In this document: piece by piece, positions 10,835 through 22,504 of the stretch
Layout of the letters: each line of letters begins with the position of its first letter
How positions within the stretch are numbered: position 1 is the stretch's first letter
Origin: Blepharisma stoltei ATCC 30299
Lineage: Eukaryota > Protista > Ciliophora
NCBI GenBank assembly: GCA_965603825.1
Contig: CBFDEM010000011.1
Location: 496,001-560,000, forward strand
Direction: 5' to 3'
DNA length: 64,000 bases
Notes under the pieces: generated by a model
Database searches by the model: none
The model's input: the letters and a program-made list of their open reading frames with translations, nothing else
Told to the model about the DNA's origin: nothing
Position numbers and translations under genes: made by a program

Positions 10835-12481
10835 TTAGATGTCTTGTAAGAGATCATCGTCATGTGAGCCTAAATCAAAAACATCAATTGGAGCTCTCCT
10901 AGAACTGAAGGCTTTTGCCATGGCTTCTTCCATCCTTAAATGCCCGTTGAAATTTTTCAGCTGAGACCTGAATCCTCTAATCATGTCTTCTTTCATAGCC
11001 AAAATTTTATCGAGCTCTCCTACATACAGTTCGACGTCACTTCCTGGCTTATCGACCTCCCCAAGTAATGCCATCTGCACCTTAATGGCATCAACCATGT
11101 CATCGATCATTTTTCTGTGTGTGTTGATAAGTCTTTCTTCTTCAGCCAAAATTACACCTATCAAATTTTCATGCCCTGCAGTTAATTCTTCAATGTCCAT
11201 GTTTTCGATTTCTTCGTAGTCATGAGCTGCTCTCTGTGGGATTTGATTTTTGGGGGATATATAACTGGTCTTATTTGGGGTATTTTTTAGCATGCTTTGT
11301 TTTATATTGGTATTTTGCTTGAGAATAGGTCGCTCATACTCATTTGTGGTGTTTTTAGTGGCCATTTTGAGATATGGGGTGTCTTCCTGCTCTTCTTCCT
11401 CTTGCTTGATGTATCGCACGACGTTGTTATTTTGCCTTGGAAGCATAAGGGCATTTGCAAGCTGATCTTGGCCTTTCGAGCCGCTTCCGCCACCTTTTTT
11501 GAGCTCTTTTACTCTGTCAGCGTATCTGAGAGAATTGAGGGTATGCTCGCAGCTGTTAATTCCAGGAGAAACATTTGCGATCATGACTGTTCTGCAGTTG
11601 CCTACAAAGGAATCTTTAAGCACCAATGTAAGTTTGCTGCCTCTGAAAGGAGTATGCTTCTTATCTTGATCTAAAGCGCGGATGCACTCTTTGAGAGCGA
11701 GTAAAGATTTATTAATTTCAGCGCCATCAAAACGGGTCTTTGCATCAGAGTTGCTGACATCAGCTCCTCTTTCACTTCCAGCAAGATCGATAAAAGTAAC
11801 TTTGCCTTTTACTGCCCTTCCTTCTCTTAGAGAAATTTCAAGGACTCCATGTGATCTTGAGGAATCATCATTTGCTCCTGTCTGTCCTGTCGTTCTTGCA
11901 GCCATACCGTAGCTAATGATATTCATTAGAGTTTCAACGCCATCCACTGGCTTATACTGCAACCCAACAATATTCACATTTTGTTTAGCATCTTCTCTGA
12001 CATGGAGGATATGGCGATCATTGAGCAAATCATGAAGTTTTCCACAATAAATTTCATAAAAAGCAACTGTCAGCTGGATTTTTGGATAATACTGATCTCT
12101 ATAATAAAAGAGATCATTTGCAGCTTGCAGATAGAGACCGGGTGTGCTAGCTTCTCCCATCATAGTGTAGGTTTTCCCACTGCCTGTCTGGCCATATGCA
12201 AAACATGTAACTTTTGCCCCTTGGAAAGCAGCTTGTACAATAGGCTGTACCGTCGCTCTATAAAGTTGTTCGTTATTGACATCTTCATTATAAACCCCAT
12301 CAAATGTGAAATAGTGCTCTTCTATGTAGCGAGTCAGATCTACTTTGACTTTTTCTTCCTTGACTATTAACGTGTTTGGGGACCTTTGAATTAGGATATC
12401 GGACTCTCCGCGCTGGCGTTCTTTCGAATTTAACGGTCTTTTGCGAACTATAACTTGAATTCTTTGATCTTTATCCGCCAT
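10835..12481 (-). CDS. Kinesin-13 (KIF2/MCAK family microtubule depolymerase)
   Basis: KVD loop (KVKVDLTRY), P-loop GQTGSGKT, NDDSSRSH, DLAGSERGAD and KECIRAL. Confidence 0.95.
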   Translation of the reverse strand: MADKDQRIQVIVRKRPLNSKERQRGESDILIQRSPNTLIVKEEKVKVDLTRYIEEHYFTFDGVYNEDVNNEQLYRATVQPIVQAAFQGAKVTCFAYGQTGSGKTYTMMGEASTPGLYLQAANDLFYYRDQYYPKIQLTVAFYEIYCGKLHDLLNDRHILHVREDAKQNVNIVGLQYKPVDGVETLMNIISYGMAARTTGQTGANDDSSRSHGVLEISLREGRAVKGKVTFIDLAGSERGADVSNSDAKTRFDGAEINKSLLALKECIRALDQDKKHTPFRGSKLTLVLKDSFVGNCRTVMIANVSPGINSCEHTLNSLRYADRVKELKKGGGSGSKGQDQLANALMLPRQNNNVVRYIKQEEEEQEDTPYLKMATKNTTNEYERPILKQNTNIKQSMLKNTPNKTSYISPKNQIPQRAAHDYEEIENMDIEELTAGHENLIGVILAEEERLINTHRKMIDDMVDAIKVQMALLGEVDKPGSDVELYVGELDKILAMKEDMIRGFRSQLKNFNGHLRMEEAMAKAFSSRRAPIDVFDLGSHDDDLLQDI

Positions 12482-13079
12482 TTTAAATATTCTTAGGATC
12501 GAAGAATAGATATTTTAAGTGTTTGTAGGAGAGAAATTGATAGGAGATTAAAAAAATAAGTTTATCAAGCTCTAAGTAAGTCTCTTGCAAGCTGCTTTTG
12601 TGAGCAAACAATTGCCCAATTTTTAAAATTTTCAAATTAAATGAAAATTCGTTAACTTTTATCATTTCTGCTCACTTGAAATAAATATGAGAGGATAAGA
12701 AAAAGATAATAAAAGATAAGGTAGATGTCAAAATGTGATTTCGCAATTGAATAAACTACTAATAAAGAATAAAATAGATTTTTATTAGTTTGTTTTAAGG
12801 ATTAATTGATATTTATTATCTTTTTAGTCGATAGTTTTGCTTATAACTTCTTTTAATCAGAAATGCAAGGATTATCTAATTTTGGGGTTTTCATAGAAAT
12901 TGCTCCTTTTAATTAGTTAAATTTTTAAGTTGAATAGGCTTATATGCTTACCTGAGAAGCAATATTGATAACTGAATACTTAACTTAACTTTTTCACGCT
13001 AATTAAACTATCAGAATTCAATCTAACTAGCTAGAAAGCTCATAGTGATATATAAATGAGGAAACTATTTATTTAAATA

Positions 13080-14592
13080 CTAATTATTAGAAAAATGCTT
13101 TTCCTTGAGCATTGCAGTCATCATTTTTTCGAACTCTAGAAAGTCGATTTCTCCATCTCCATTTAAATCAACCTCCTCTAAGATTTCTTTCCATATATAA
13201 TCAGTATCTTCATCCCCATCATCCAAAAGCCACTTCAACTCATTCACAGTGATTTTTCCACTATGATCTTTATCATAGCTCTCAAAAGCTGCCAGGAGCC
13301 TTTGCTTGGAAAGTGACTGTTCTCAGTTCAAAGTGACAGTGATAAATTCGTTATAATCTATAAACCCATTGCCATCAATATCACACCTTTCCATGAGCTC
13401 ATCAATCTGTATAGGTATTTTTATTTCTATTTGACTAAATCCATTGATGACTTCATCTTTACTGAGCCTTCCATCGTTATTCACGTCAAGTTGCTTAAAC
13501 GATTTTGCCAAGCTTTGGGTTTCTTTATAAGTCACTAGCTGTGAACTGATATAGAATAAGGTTGCTTTTTGGAGCCTATATTGAGATTGGAAGCCGGCTA
13601 AGTTATTTAAGGCTTGGTTCGCTAAAGGGATATCTAGCTGTTCTTTGGCAAGACTCATTCATGGGTGTTCCAAAACCTCTTTGGTGCCATATCGTCTGTT
13701 TACATCTCGGTCTATCATATGCTTGATCAAATCAATTGCATCTCTTGATATGCAGTTCCAATGCCTCTCAGGAAACTCCAAAGGTCCAGATTGTACAAGC
13801 TTCAGCAAGTCTCTTTTACTTTTAGAGTGAAAAGGAGGTCTCCCAGAGAGCATCACATACAAAATCACTCCACAGCTTCATATGTCGCACTTTTCATTAT
13901 ATTCACCAGAAAGTACCTCTGGAGCTACATAATAAGGCCTAATTAAATCTTACTGTCCCCACAGGCTTGTCTATAATTTTGTTGCTGTCCATCAAAATTG
14001 CACAGCCAAAGTCACAAATTTTTAAATCAGAGCTTTCTTCATTAGGAAACATTATATTTTCAGGCTTTAAGTCTCTATGAGCGACTCCATTGCTGTGGCA
14101 ATAGGATAAAGCTTGAATTAAGTCCTCCATATATTTCGCAGCAACGCCTTCTGTCAGCTTTTTTGATTTTACTATCCGATCAAAGAGCTCGCCTCCTGTG
14201 CAAAGCTCCATAACGATATGGAGAATTGACGGCTGCTCAATAACTTCAATAACTTTTACTATGTTGGGGTGGTCAAGCTGCCTGAGAATTTCGATCTCGT
14301 GGGCGGTTTGTGGGATAACTTTGCTTTTGCTGACTGATTTAATGGCTCTATCAAGCTGTGTGGACTTTTGTCAAGCAAGATAAACGTTTCCGAATTTGCC
14401 ATGTCCAATTTCTTTCACAATTGTATATTTTTCTAATAGGCTGCCATAGAAGAATTTGATAAAATTTGCTTTTTGAAAGAACTGTCCAGTTGACGACCTA
14501 ATTGAGAGCAAAGATGTGGAGGTTTTTGTTGTGAGTTGGGGTTGAGTTGGCTTTCTAGGACGATCTATACCACTATTTAGACAGCAACCCAT
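13080..14592 (-). CDS. Calcium-dependent protein kinase (kinase + 4 EF-hands, MGCC acylation site)
   Basis: GHGKFG, HRDLKPEN, DFG, APE, DI-W(TGA 13878)-SCGV; EF-hands DVNNDG, DIDGNG, DKDHSG, DLNGDG. Several TGA=W codons and one tiny intron at about 13938-13953. Confidence 0.9.
13938..13953 (-). other. Tiny intron in CDPK (15-nt GT-AG or 16-nt GT-GG)
   Basis: GTAAGATTTAATTAG|G interrupts GT^PYYVAPE; only removal of 16 nt restores the frame. Confidence 0.75.
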
Positions 14593-15455
14593 TTATATCT
14601 CATTAAATCTATACATGAGCTTAAAAATTGACAGGTGAAATAATAAAATTAATGAGGAATTTTGAAAACATTACTTACTATTTGTTCACTGAAAAATTTT
14701 TGATTTGAAATTACTATTAAAAAACTTAACAGATTTTTGGTCCAGATGTATTCCTTGAAGACATTTTCTTAGCACTGTTCGCTCAAATTTTGATAAGAAA
14801 TGCTCTTTCGAGCAATGCCTTATGGGAAAAGAGGAAATTGCTTGTGCGGAAAATATCGGTGAAGAAAAATCATAAAGCCTTAAGAAGAAATAATTGCGAA
14901 TAAAAAATATTATTAATGAGCTATTTAATCTTTGAATTTTTAAGAATTGATAATAAGATCCGTTATATGAATATGATAAGAATGCAGCTATATTTCATAT
15001 AATCCAAAGAATGAATAATACTCTCAGCTTTGCTAAGGAATTTAATCTCAATGACAGAGCTAATATTTTTATAGAAGCAACCATAATACCAAATTCTGGA
15101 AAATAAATTATGGCAAATAGAAACACATATCAATTTCAGAAAACAATAATTCCAATAATTATATTATTAACTCTTAAAATAATTGGGCTTATAAAATACT
15201 CCCAATCTTATCTAATATTTATAGTGCAGGGACACTTTAGCTCGCCCTTACATTTAAAGCTGTTATGCAACTTGGAGATTGACTCGCTATCTCCAAAACT
15301 AGGCTGGAAAAACTAGACCCTCTAATTGAAGGTGATAAGCCAAATCTCCAAATTGCTGCAAAGGTGCAAGCTTAAGGGCACACTCTGTGATGCCCATGCT
15401 GTATTATATAACATATTACTATTTCTGCCTGATAATCGTCATAAAATCAACTAAA

Positions 15456-18332
15456 ATGGAGCCAGCTGCAAAGCGTAGATTTATCAGCCAGATTGTTGAG
15501 AACTCAGGCAAGAGTCTTGAGGACATTTCAAAAGAACGAGAGCTCCTAGCTCAAAATAAGCCAGTTCTCCTCAAATATATTGCAGATTCAGTAATCGGCG
15601 ACCGCATGCTGTTCCCCACTCCGTATGGGGACCGACCTCTTGTATACGCCGATTACACCGCATCTGGCCGTTCTCTTTCCTTCATTGAAGATTATATTCG
15701 TGAAGTCATCTTAACCAATTATTCAAACACCCACACCTATACCTCCTGGGTAGGCCTGCAAACTCAATTTTTCAGACACGAATCGAGATCTATCATCCAT
15801 CGATGTGTCAATGCATCTGAAGACGACGTTGTTCTCTTTGCAGGAAGTGGCTGCACAGGCGCTGCCAATAAGATTGTTGAAATCATGAAAAGAACCAACT
15901 GGGGTCACGAAAGCTGCAATTACCAGCAAAATCGTTGGGGATCAATAGACTGCAAAACTTGTTCTCTTGCCTTTTCAACACAAGGGACTTTTCATAAGCA
16001 CTTGCAGTCAGTCTTGCACAAGACTAACACACAAAACGCTGATGGACATGCCCAAGTAGAAAACTCACAGCCTATAATTTTCTTGTCAATTTATGAGCAC
16101 CACTCAAATTTGCTGCCGTGGAGAGAAGCTGGCGCAAATATAGTGACAATTGGGGAAAACCCTGACGGGACACTTAACTTAGAGCAGCTTGAAGAAGAGC
16201 TCAAAAAATACCAAAACCACCCTCATAAAATAGGCTCATTTTCAGCAGCGTCAAATATAACTGGAATTCTAACAAATGTGGAAGCCATAAGCAAGCTGCT
16301 TCATAGCTATGACGCTCTTGCATTTTTCGATTATGCAGCTGCAGCTCCATATGTAAGAATCAATATGAACCCTTCCAAAGATGCAGCAATTGACGCAATA
16401 TTTTTATCACCTCATAAATTCCCAGGAGGGCCTGGAACTCCTGGTATTTTAGTCGTCAAGAAAAAATTGCTGGGCAATGAAGTCCCTACAAATGTAGGAG
16501 GCGGGACTGTATTTTTTGTGACCGCCCAAGACCATACATATTTTATTAATCCTGAAGAAAGAGAAGAAGGCGGAACTCCTGACATTGTAGGAGCCATTAG
16601 GGCTGGGCTAGCATTTCAGCTTAAAGAAGCTGTTGGAGAAGAAACAATTGAGGAAAGAGAAAACGAGCTAGCAAACAGAGCAAAGTCAAGACTGGAGAGA
16701 AACCCAAATATAGTGATCTTAAGCAATGGAACTGCTCCAAGACTACCAATTTTCTCGTTTTTAATCAGATGTGGAAACAGATTTTTCCATCACAGCTATA
16801 TCGCAGCACTTCTAAATGATTTATTCGGAATCGAATGCAGGGCAGGCTGTGCCTGTGCAAACCCTTATGGGCTCAACTTGATGGGAATTGATTATAATTT
16901 ATCGAAGGATTTGCAAAATATGCTAAATGAAGGCTTTGACTTGTTCAGGCCAGGGTTTGTGAGGATCAATCTTAATTATTTCTTCAGTGATGACACTGTG
17001 GAATATATTTTGAAAGCAGTTGAGTTTATAGCTGACAATGCCTTATGGTTCTTGCCACAGTATAAATTTGACATGGACAAGGCTGCTTTTGCCCATCGTG
17101 CCTTTAGCACCAAAGCTGGGAGACACCAAGTGAGAAAATGGCTAGGAGAAATTTCATATGCGCCTGGCTCAATAACATACCCGAACTATCTTCCGAAAAA
17201 AGAGGAAAATTTGATTATATATATAGAAAAAGCTGAAGAACTTGCAAGAGAAATACAGCAAAATAGGTATGCTCATAAAAACCTATCTGACCACAGAGTA
17301 GAAATCCCAGCAGAGTTTGAGCACTTGCGCTGGTTTATTTTACCTTCAGAAGCTCTAGGATTTATTCAAAGCAAAGGAATCAACTTCCAGAGTGCCACTT
17401 CTCCGTTTTACCCGAAAAATTATGCAGGAATAGTCCAGCCAGAAGCAGTTCTCCCTAATGCTCTGCCACCTATGAAAGTACACAGAAGAGATAAAAAACA
17501 GCCCCCTTTATGGCCAAAAGTTCCGAAGAAGATCATGAGAAATGTAACAAAGGCGATTGTAGATTTTGATATGATTAAGGATGGCGACAAAGTAATAGTT
17601 TGTATTTCTGGAGGAAAGGACTCTTTGACTTTGCTGCATGCTCTGAAACAAATGCAAAGGGTTTCTAAAAAGAACTTTGAGATTGCTGCTGCTACCGTGG
17701 ATCCTCAAACTCCTGAATATGACCCATCTCCATTAAAAGACTATTTAGCGACTTTACAAGTTCCTTATTTCTATGAATCTCAGCCAATTATTGAACTGGC
17801 AGCCCAAAAAATGACCAAAAAGATTTCTCTCTGTGCATTCTGCTCAAGACTCAAGAGAGGGATTCTTTATTCTTGTGCCAGGAGAGAAGGATATAACGTC
17901 CTTGCCTTAGGCCAGCATTTGGACGACCTAGCAGAAAGTTTTGTCATGTCAGCATTCCACAATGGTCTATTAAGAACCATGAAAGCAAGCTATGTGAACG
18001 ACAAAGGCGATTTAAGAGTCATCAGGCCACTTGTATATGTCAGAGAAAAACTAACAAAAGAATTCGCTGAATTCGCCAAACTCCCAATCATCACTGAGAA
18101 CTGTCCTGGCTGTTTTGCTGCGCCAACTGAAAGACATAGGACAAAATTGCTGTTGGCTTCTCAAGAGCAGATTATTCCTGATCTGTATAGTAGCTTATTA
18201 AATACAATGAAGCCCATTATGAGAGGAAATCTTGACGACTTGCTAGGAAAAAGACCTAGAGAAGAAGACGAAGAAAATGAAAAAGAGGAATGTGAAGAAG
18301 AATGCGAGCAGTGCGTTTTCAACCCAGTTTAA
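15456..18332 (+). CDS. Fusion of cysteine desulfurase-like (class V aminotransferase) domain, inserted C2H2 Zn finger and TtcA-like PP-loop tRNA thiolase
   Basis: Desulfurase part: YADYTASGR, EHHSN, DYAAA, SPHKF (PLP Lys), GGTP, RAGCACA (catalytic Cys). Zn finger: CKTC-x12-H-x5-H. TtcA part: SGGKDS, CAFCSRLKRG, GQHLDD, IRPL, NCPGC. Confidence 0.9.
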   Translation: MEPAAKRRFISQIVENSGKSLEDISKERELLAQNKPVLLKYIADSVIGDRMLFPTPYGDRPLVYADYTASGRSLSFIEDYIREVILTNYSNTHTYTSWVGLQTQFFRHESRSIIHRCVNASEDDVVLFAGSGCTGAANKIVEIMKRTNWGHESCNYQQNRWGSIDCKTCSLAFSTQGTFHKHLQSVLHKTNTQNADGHAQVENSQPIIFLSIYEHHSNLLPWREAGANIVTIGENPDGTLNLEQLEEELKKYQNHPHKIGSFSAASNITGILTNVEAISKLLHSYDALAFFDYAAAAPYVRINMNPSKDAAIDAIFLSPHKFPGGPGTPGILVVKKKLLGNEVPTNVGGGTVFFVTAQDHTYFINPEEREEGGTPDIVGAIRAGLAFQLKEAVGEETIEERENELANRAKSRLERNPNIVILSNGTAPRLPIFSFLIRCGNRFFHHSYIAALLNDLFGIECRAGCACANPYGLNLMGIDYNLSKDLQNMLNEGFDLFRPGFVRINLNYFFSDDTVEYILKAVEFIADNALWFLPQYKFDMDKAAFAHRAFSTKAGRHQVRKWLGEISYAPGSITYPNYLPKKEENLIIYIEKAEELAREIQQNRYAHKNLSDHRVEIPAEFEHLRWFILPSEALGFIQSKGINFQSATSPFYPKNYAGIVQPEAVLPNALPPMKVHRRDKKQPPLWPKVPKKIMRNVTKAIVDFDMIKDGDKVIVCISGGKDSLTLLHALKQMQRVSKKNFEIAAATVDPQTPEYDPSPLKDYLATLQVPYFYESQPIIELAAQKMTKKISLCAFCSRLKRGILYSCARREGYNVLALGQHLDDLAESFVMSAFHNGLLRTMKASYVNDKGDLRVIRPLVYVREKLTKEFAEFAKLPIITENCPGCFAAPTERHRTKLLLASQEQIIPDLYSSLLNTMKPIMRGNLDDLLGKRPREEDEENEKEECEEECEQCVFNPV

Positions 18333-18365
18333 ATTGAAGCCAATTAATTATTCATAAGATAAAAT

Positions 18366-19577
18366 ATGAAAACAAATAGTCTTCAGGTCTCTGGGTATGG
18401 ACTCAAAACAGATTTTTCTGATAAAATCTCAATTGATCCAAACTTAGCAATACTCAGACATCCAAATTTGGATTTCAACCCGACATTCATTTTTCTAAAA
18501 GAAGAACTTCAAAAGTTTTATAGAGACAGAAGAAGGCCGTTTGATAGACAAATAATGCATCGGACGCATTCAAGTAACTGGAAGGAAAGGTTTTTCACGT
18601 CTTTGCAAACGCTGCTAAGCGAGCTTACTTTTACAGAGGACTTAGAACTGCAAAGTAAGATGCTAGAGAAAGTCGAAAATTGATACAACAATAAAATTGT
18701 GAGAGAAGAGTCAATAGAAGAAGAAATAAACCTTGAACCTAAAACACCAGTTTTAAGAGTCAAACCTAAATTGGAGACAAGTCTGCTGGTACCTTTAAGA
18801 AGTGAGTCAATGAGTCCACAAAGAAAGTCAACTGTGCCTTACATCCCTAAAAAGCTGCCGAGTTTAATAAAATCGTATGAGAAGCCTCTTGAATTCAAAA
18901 AAAGGCTGCAAACTAGTTTCAAAAACACAAGAAATGAGAAAAAAGAAGCACTTCTTCCTACTGAAATCAAAGCTCTGAATGGAGATGAAACAGTTTCAAC
19001 AAAAATAGAAAGGATAGCAAGACTTCGGCCTGCTACACAACAAGAAAGGCCTTTTACTGAAACTTCACCTCTTGTCATGACTTCTAGAGGGGAATTTGTT
19101 ATGACTAAATCAAATAAAGCAAATGTTTTTGACTTCAGGGCAACTGACAAAACGAGGTCAACGGTAGCTAGTCCTGAGCAAAGTCCTTTGGGCTCTTCAG
19201 TAAATAAAGCTAGGGTTTCTGCATTTTCCTTTAGAGAAATGGACTCAGTCTTCAAAACTCAAATTGTCAGTCCTTCTATTAATGATGAAGAAATTGCTAA
19301 TAGTTATCAACCGATCAGTCCTTTAAACAAGTCTGTAATTGAGCAGCTTGGGGAAATTCTACATGTTAAAAATCGACTGGCTGCAAGAAAAGTGTCATGC
19401 CCTTATCGGGTTCTTGAGCGTGCTCTTTATGACAGAGAGTTAGACTTTAATAAATCTTTTGATCCTTCACAATTACCTAAAGGTAATGAACGATTGCTGA
19501 AAAATCCAGCATATAAGGAAGAAAAGCCCAAGAAGAAAGGAAAGAAAAAAGGTAAAAAGAAGAAGTCTGGAAGCTAG
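18366..19577 (+). CDS. Hypothetical protein with Lys-rich C-terminus
   Basis: Two ORF-track pieces joined in frame by TGA=W at 18681-18683. Confidence 0.75.
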
Positions 19578-19808
19578 TGGCCAATTAAAGACAATAAATG
19601 TTTCATTTATTTATGATAAATTTGAATTAAATTATTTATTCAAACTCCCTCAATCGAAAATTAGGTAAAGGCTGAGTTTTGCATTTAATTTGATTTTTCA
19701 AATAGCCGAAATATTTATTTTCTATTCTACCCAAAAATTTCCAATTAAAAATATTTTAATTTGATAATAAAAATAGAGCACTCCTTATTAAATTTTTTTA
19801 ATAAGAAA

Positions 19809-21017
19809 ATGAAGCAAAAGATAGAAGGAAAGTGAGCTCACTTAACTCTTTTCAGTTTTGCTGTCCCTGAAGATAATAAAAACCCAAAAATTTCTACAGC
19901 AAGTCCAAAGCCTGCATGCAAACTTGCATCTCAAGCAAAACACACTTCTATGATTACCCCAGGGCTCAAGTATCAAACTTTAACTACAGAGCTTAGCATT
20001 ATGCCTTATATAAGAGTTAAAGATCTAATGAAAACAGAAAAAGAAGAAAACGAACAAGAAATTAATACAGAAAAGCCTATTAGTGCAATTGCAAAGAAAA
20101 GTAACGACGAATTCAAAATTAAGGCTGATTATATGCTGAATAAAGCCAAAACCGCTACAAGGCCACAAAGCGCAAGGGTTGAGCAGGGAAAACTTAAAAA
20201 AATTGCCCCAAACCACCCTCAGCCTGTTGTCAGAAAATCATATCAAGCAGAAGAGCTCTCTGAAGATGGCAATGAGATGACGCTGAAAGAAGTCTTATTT
20301 GATGGGAAAATCCAAAAACCGGCAAAAAACATGGAAATAAATCCTTTAGCAATGCTAAGTGAGTATTCAGCAAAAAACAAAAATAGTTCTAGCCGCCCAT
20401 TTAGTGCTGTAATCAAAAAAGGCAATAACGCTGACCTTTATAATGCAAAATCAGCAAAAACATTATGGGAAGTAAGAACTCAAGACAAGTACAAGCCTAA
20501 AGCAAAGTCAATTGTTGCTGATTTAATGAGCCAAGCTGAACAAGCAAGAGAAAAAAATAATAAAATTGTAGAGAGAAATATAAATCGATTTAAGGAGTCC
20601 GAAAGCAAACTAAATGGTGAATTTAACAGATTAATGAAAAAGGTTCAAGACACAAGGCTGCTTAATGAGCTTTCTATGCAGATGTTGAAAGACAGTATGA
20701 AGGAGACGGAAGCTGATATCGATATCTCAAAAGTCAGCAATGATATTAAAAAATCAGATGATGTCTTCACTAAAATCAATGATCACTTTGCGCTAAATAA
20801 GAATGGCAAAAAAATCGAACAAATTCCCACTTTTAGCTTAGAAGAAGTATACGAAACACAAACATGAAACACAAATCAGAAATGAAACGTGAGTAGCAAA
20901 GAAATGACAAAAGAATTATCGAAAGATAAAGGCACTATATCAATGCCTTATGCCAGTAGCCCACCAAAAAACATTTCATCTGACGACTGGGAAAAGTTTT
21001 CAGAGGAAGACTGGTAA
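19809..21017 (+). CDS. Hypothetical protein
   Basis: ATG 19809 to TAA 21015-21017 in one frame, with three internal TGA=W codons. Confidence 0.7.
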
Positions 21018-21101
21018 ACAATATTATTTATTTTCCAATTCACAACCAATTTAATTTCTTTAAAAATTCTAACTCGTAAAACCGCTAGCTATATATTTAA
21101 A

Positions 21102-22490
21102 ATGTCAGATGTTCAAGAAATCAGGTCTCTTCTGCATTCTGCACGTGGGGAAAAAGGCAAGAGTGTCATGGATCTCTTAGTCCAGATCTTTGCCCAAACG
21201 ATTTACGATAACCCCAGAGATCCTCTCGCCAACTTCGAACTGGTTTCCCAAGAAGTTAAAGAAAATTCCTTCCGTTACTTTATAGACTCCAAAAAAGAGA
21301 AGCACGGAGGCAATCTAGAAGAACTCATAAAATACTCTGCAGAGGCGCAAACTCTCATAGGTAGACCTAAAGAAGAAAATGAAGAAGGCGTCCTTGTAGA
21401 TGTCGCTCCAGAGCCTCTTGCCCACATCCCAGACCTTTTAGAAGAACGAGAACTGCTCAGGTGGGCTGGAATTGATTTAGGCGAAGAGGAAGCTTTGCGA
21501 CTTCAAAACTCGCTTAAAAAGCTCATGAAAGATAAAGGTGCCAAAGATATCAGACTGTGGGGCAAAATTTCAGGCACTGAAAAGGATTATTATATCGTTG
21601 AAGGGAATGGCGAAGGTGCTGAAGAAGAAATTGAGCGTCCTAATGACTTTGAAAAAAGAGGAGAAGGGATTAATACTTTTACATACTGGGTAGCTGATGG
21701 CGCTTTTGGGGCCTGAACTGAATTGCCAGACATAAACCCAGCTCATATAAAAGCTGCCAGAGAAATCAGAAAACTGTTCACTGGAAGACTTGATGCCCCT
21801 GTCATATCTAACCCTCATTTCCCAGGGCTCGAAAAAGAACTTTTACGTGCCCAAATCGCTAGGATCACCCATTCAACTGTCCTAATTCAAAAAGGACTTT
21901 TTAAAACTGTAGAAGATTCACCAGCAGAAATTGAAGCTGAAGAAGAGTCAGTCACTTTGAGCACTGAGCAGCTAAAATCCCTTGGAAACTGGGTACACCA
22001 ACACCCTAACATTCTAAAATGTGGCAGAGTTTCTCATATGGAGCCTGAGCCAGTTGACGAAGAAATTGACGTTGAAATCTTGAAGGCCCAAATTTTGGAA
22101 GCAGACCCACTTGAAGAAAGGCTGAAGCCGCTAGAAAAAGATGCGCCTCTGGCTGGGTTTGAGGCAGCTTGGATAAGCAGATATCTTGGAGATCAGCAGG
22201 AATATGAAATGACATTTCCAGTTAAAGGCAAAGTCACTTATGCTGTCAACTTAATCAAGTCTTTGTGGTGGCCTGGAGCTGTCATACTTCAGCAGAACGG
22301 GAAAATGATCCATTTCTATATGGGAGATGGTCTGAAATCAGCCACAAGAAGATATTACCCAGTCACCCCGCCTTTTATTGTGGAAGACCCGGTAGACAGA
22401 CAGGAAGAAAAAGATCCTTATCCAGAAAAGCAGCCTGAAGAGCCGAAAGCAGAAGGAGAAGACGTGAACCCAGGAGACGAAGAAGATTAA
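21102..22490 (+). CDS. Radial spoke head protein 4/6 family
   Basis: IRLWGKISGTEKDYYIVEG, GINTFTYWV, W(TGA 21714)TELPDINP, FPGLEKELLRAQIARITHST and KSLWWPGA. Confidence 0.92.
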
Positions 22491-22504
22491 ATAAAATTAT
22501 TCAG

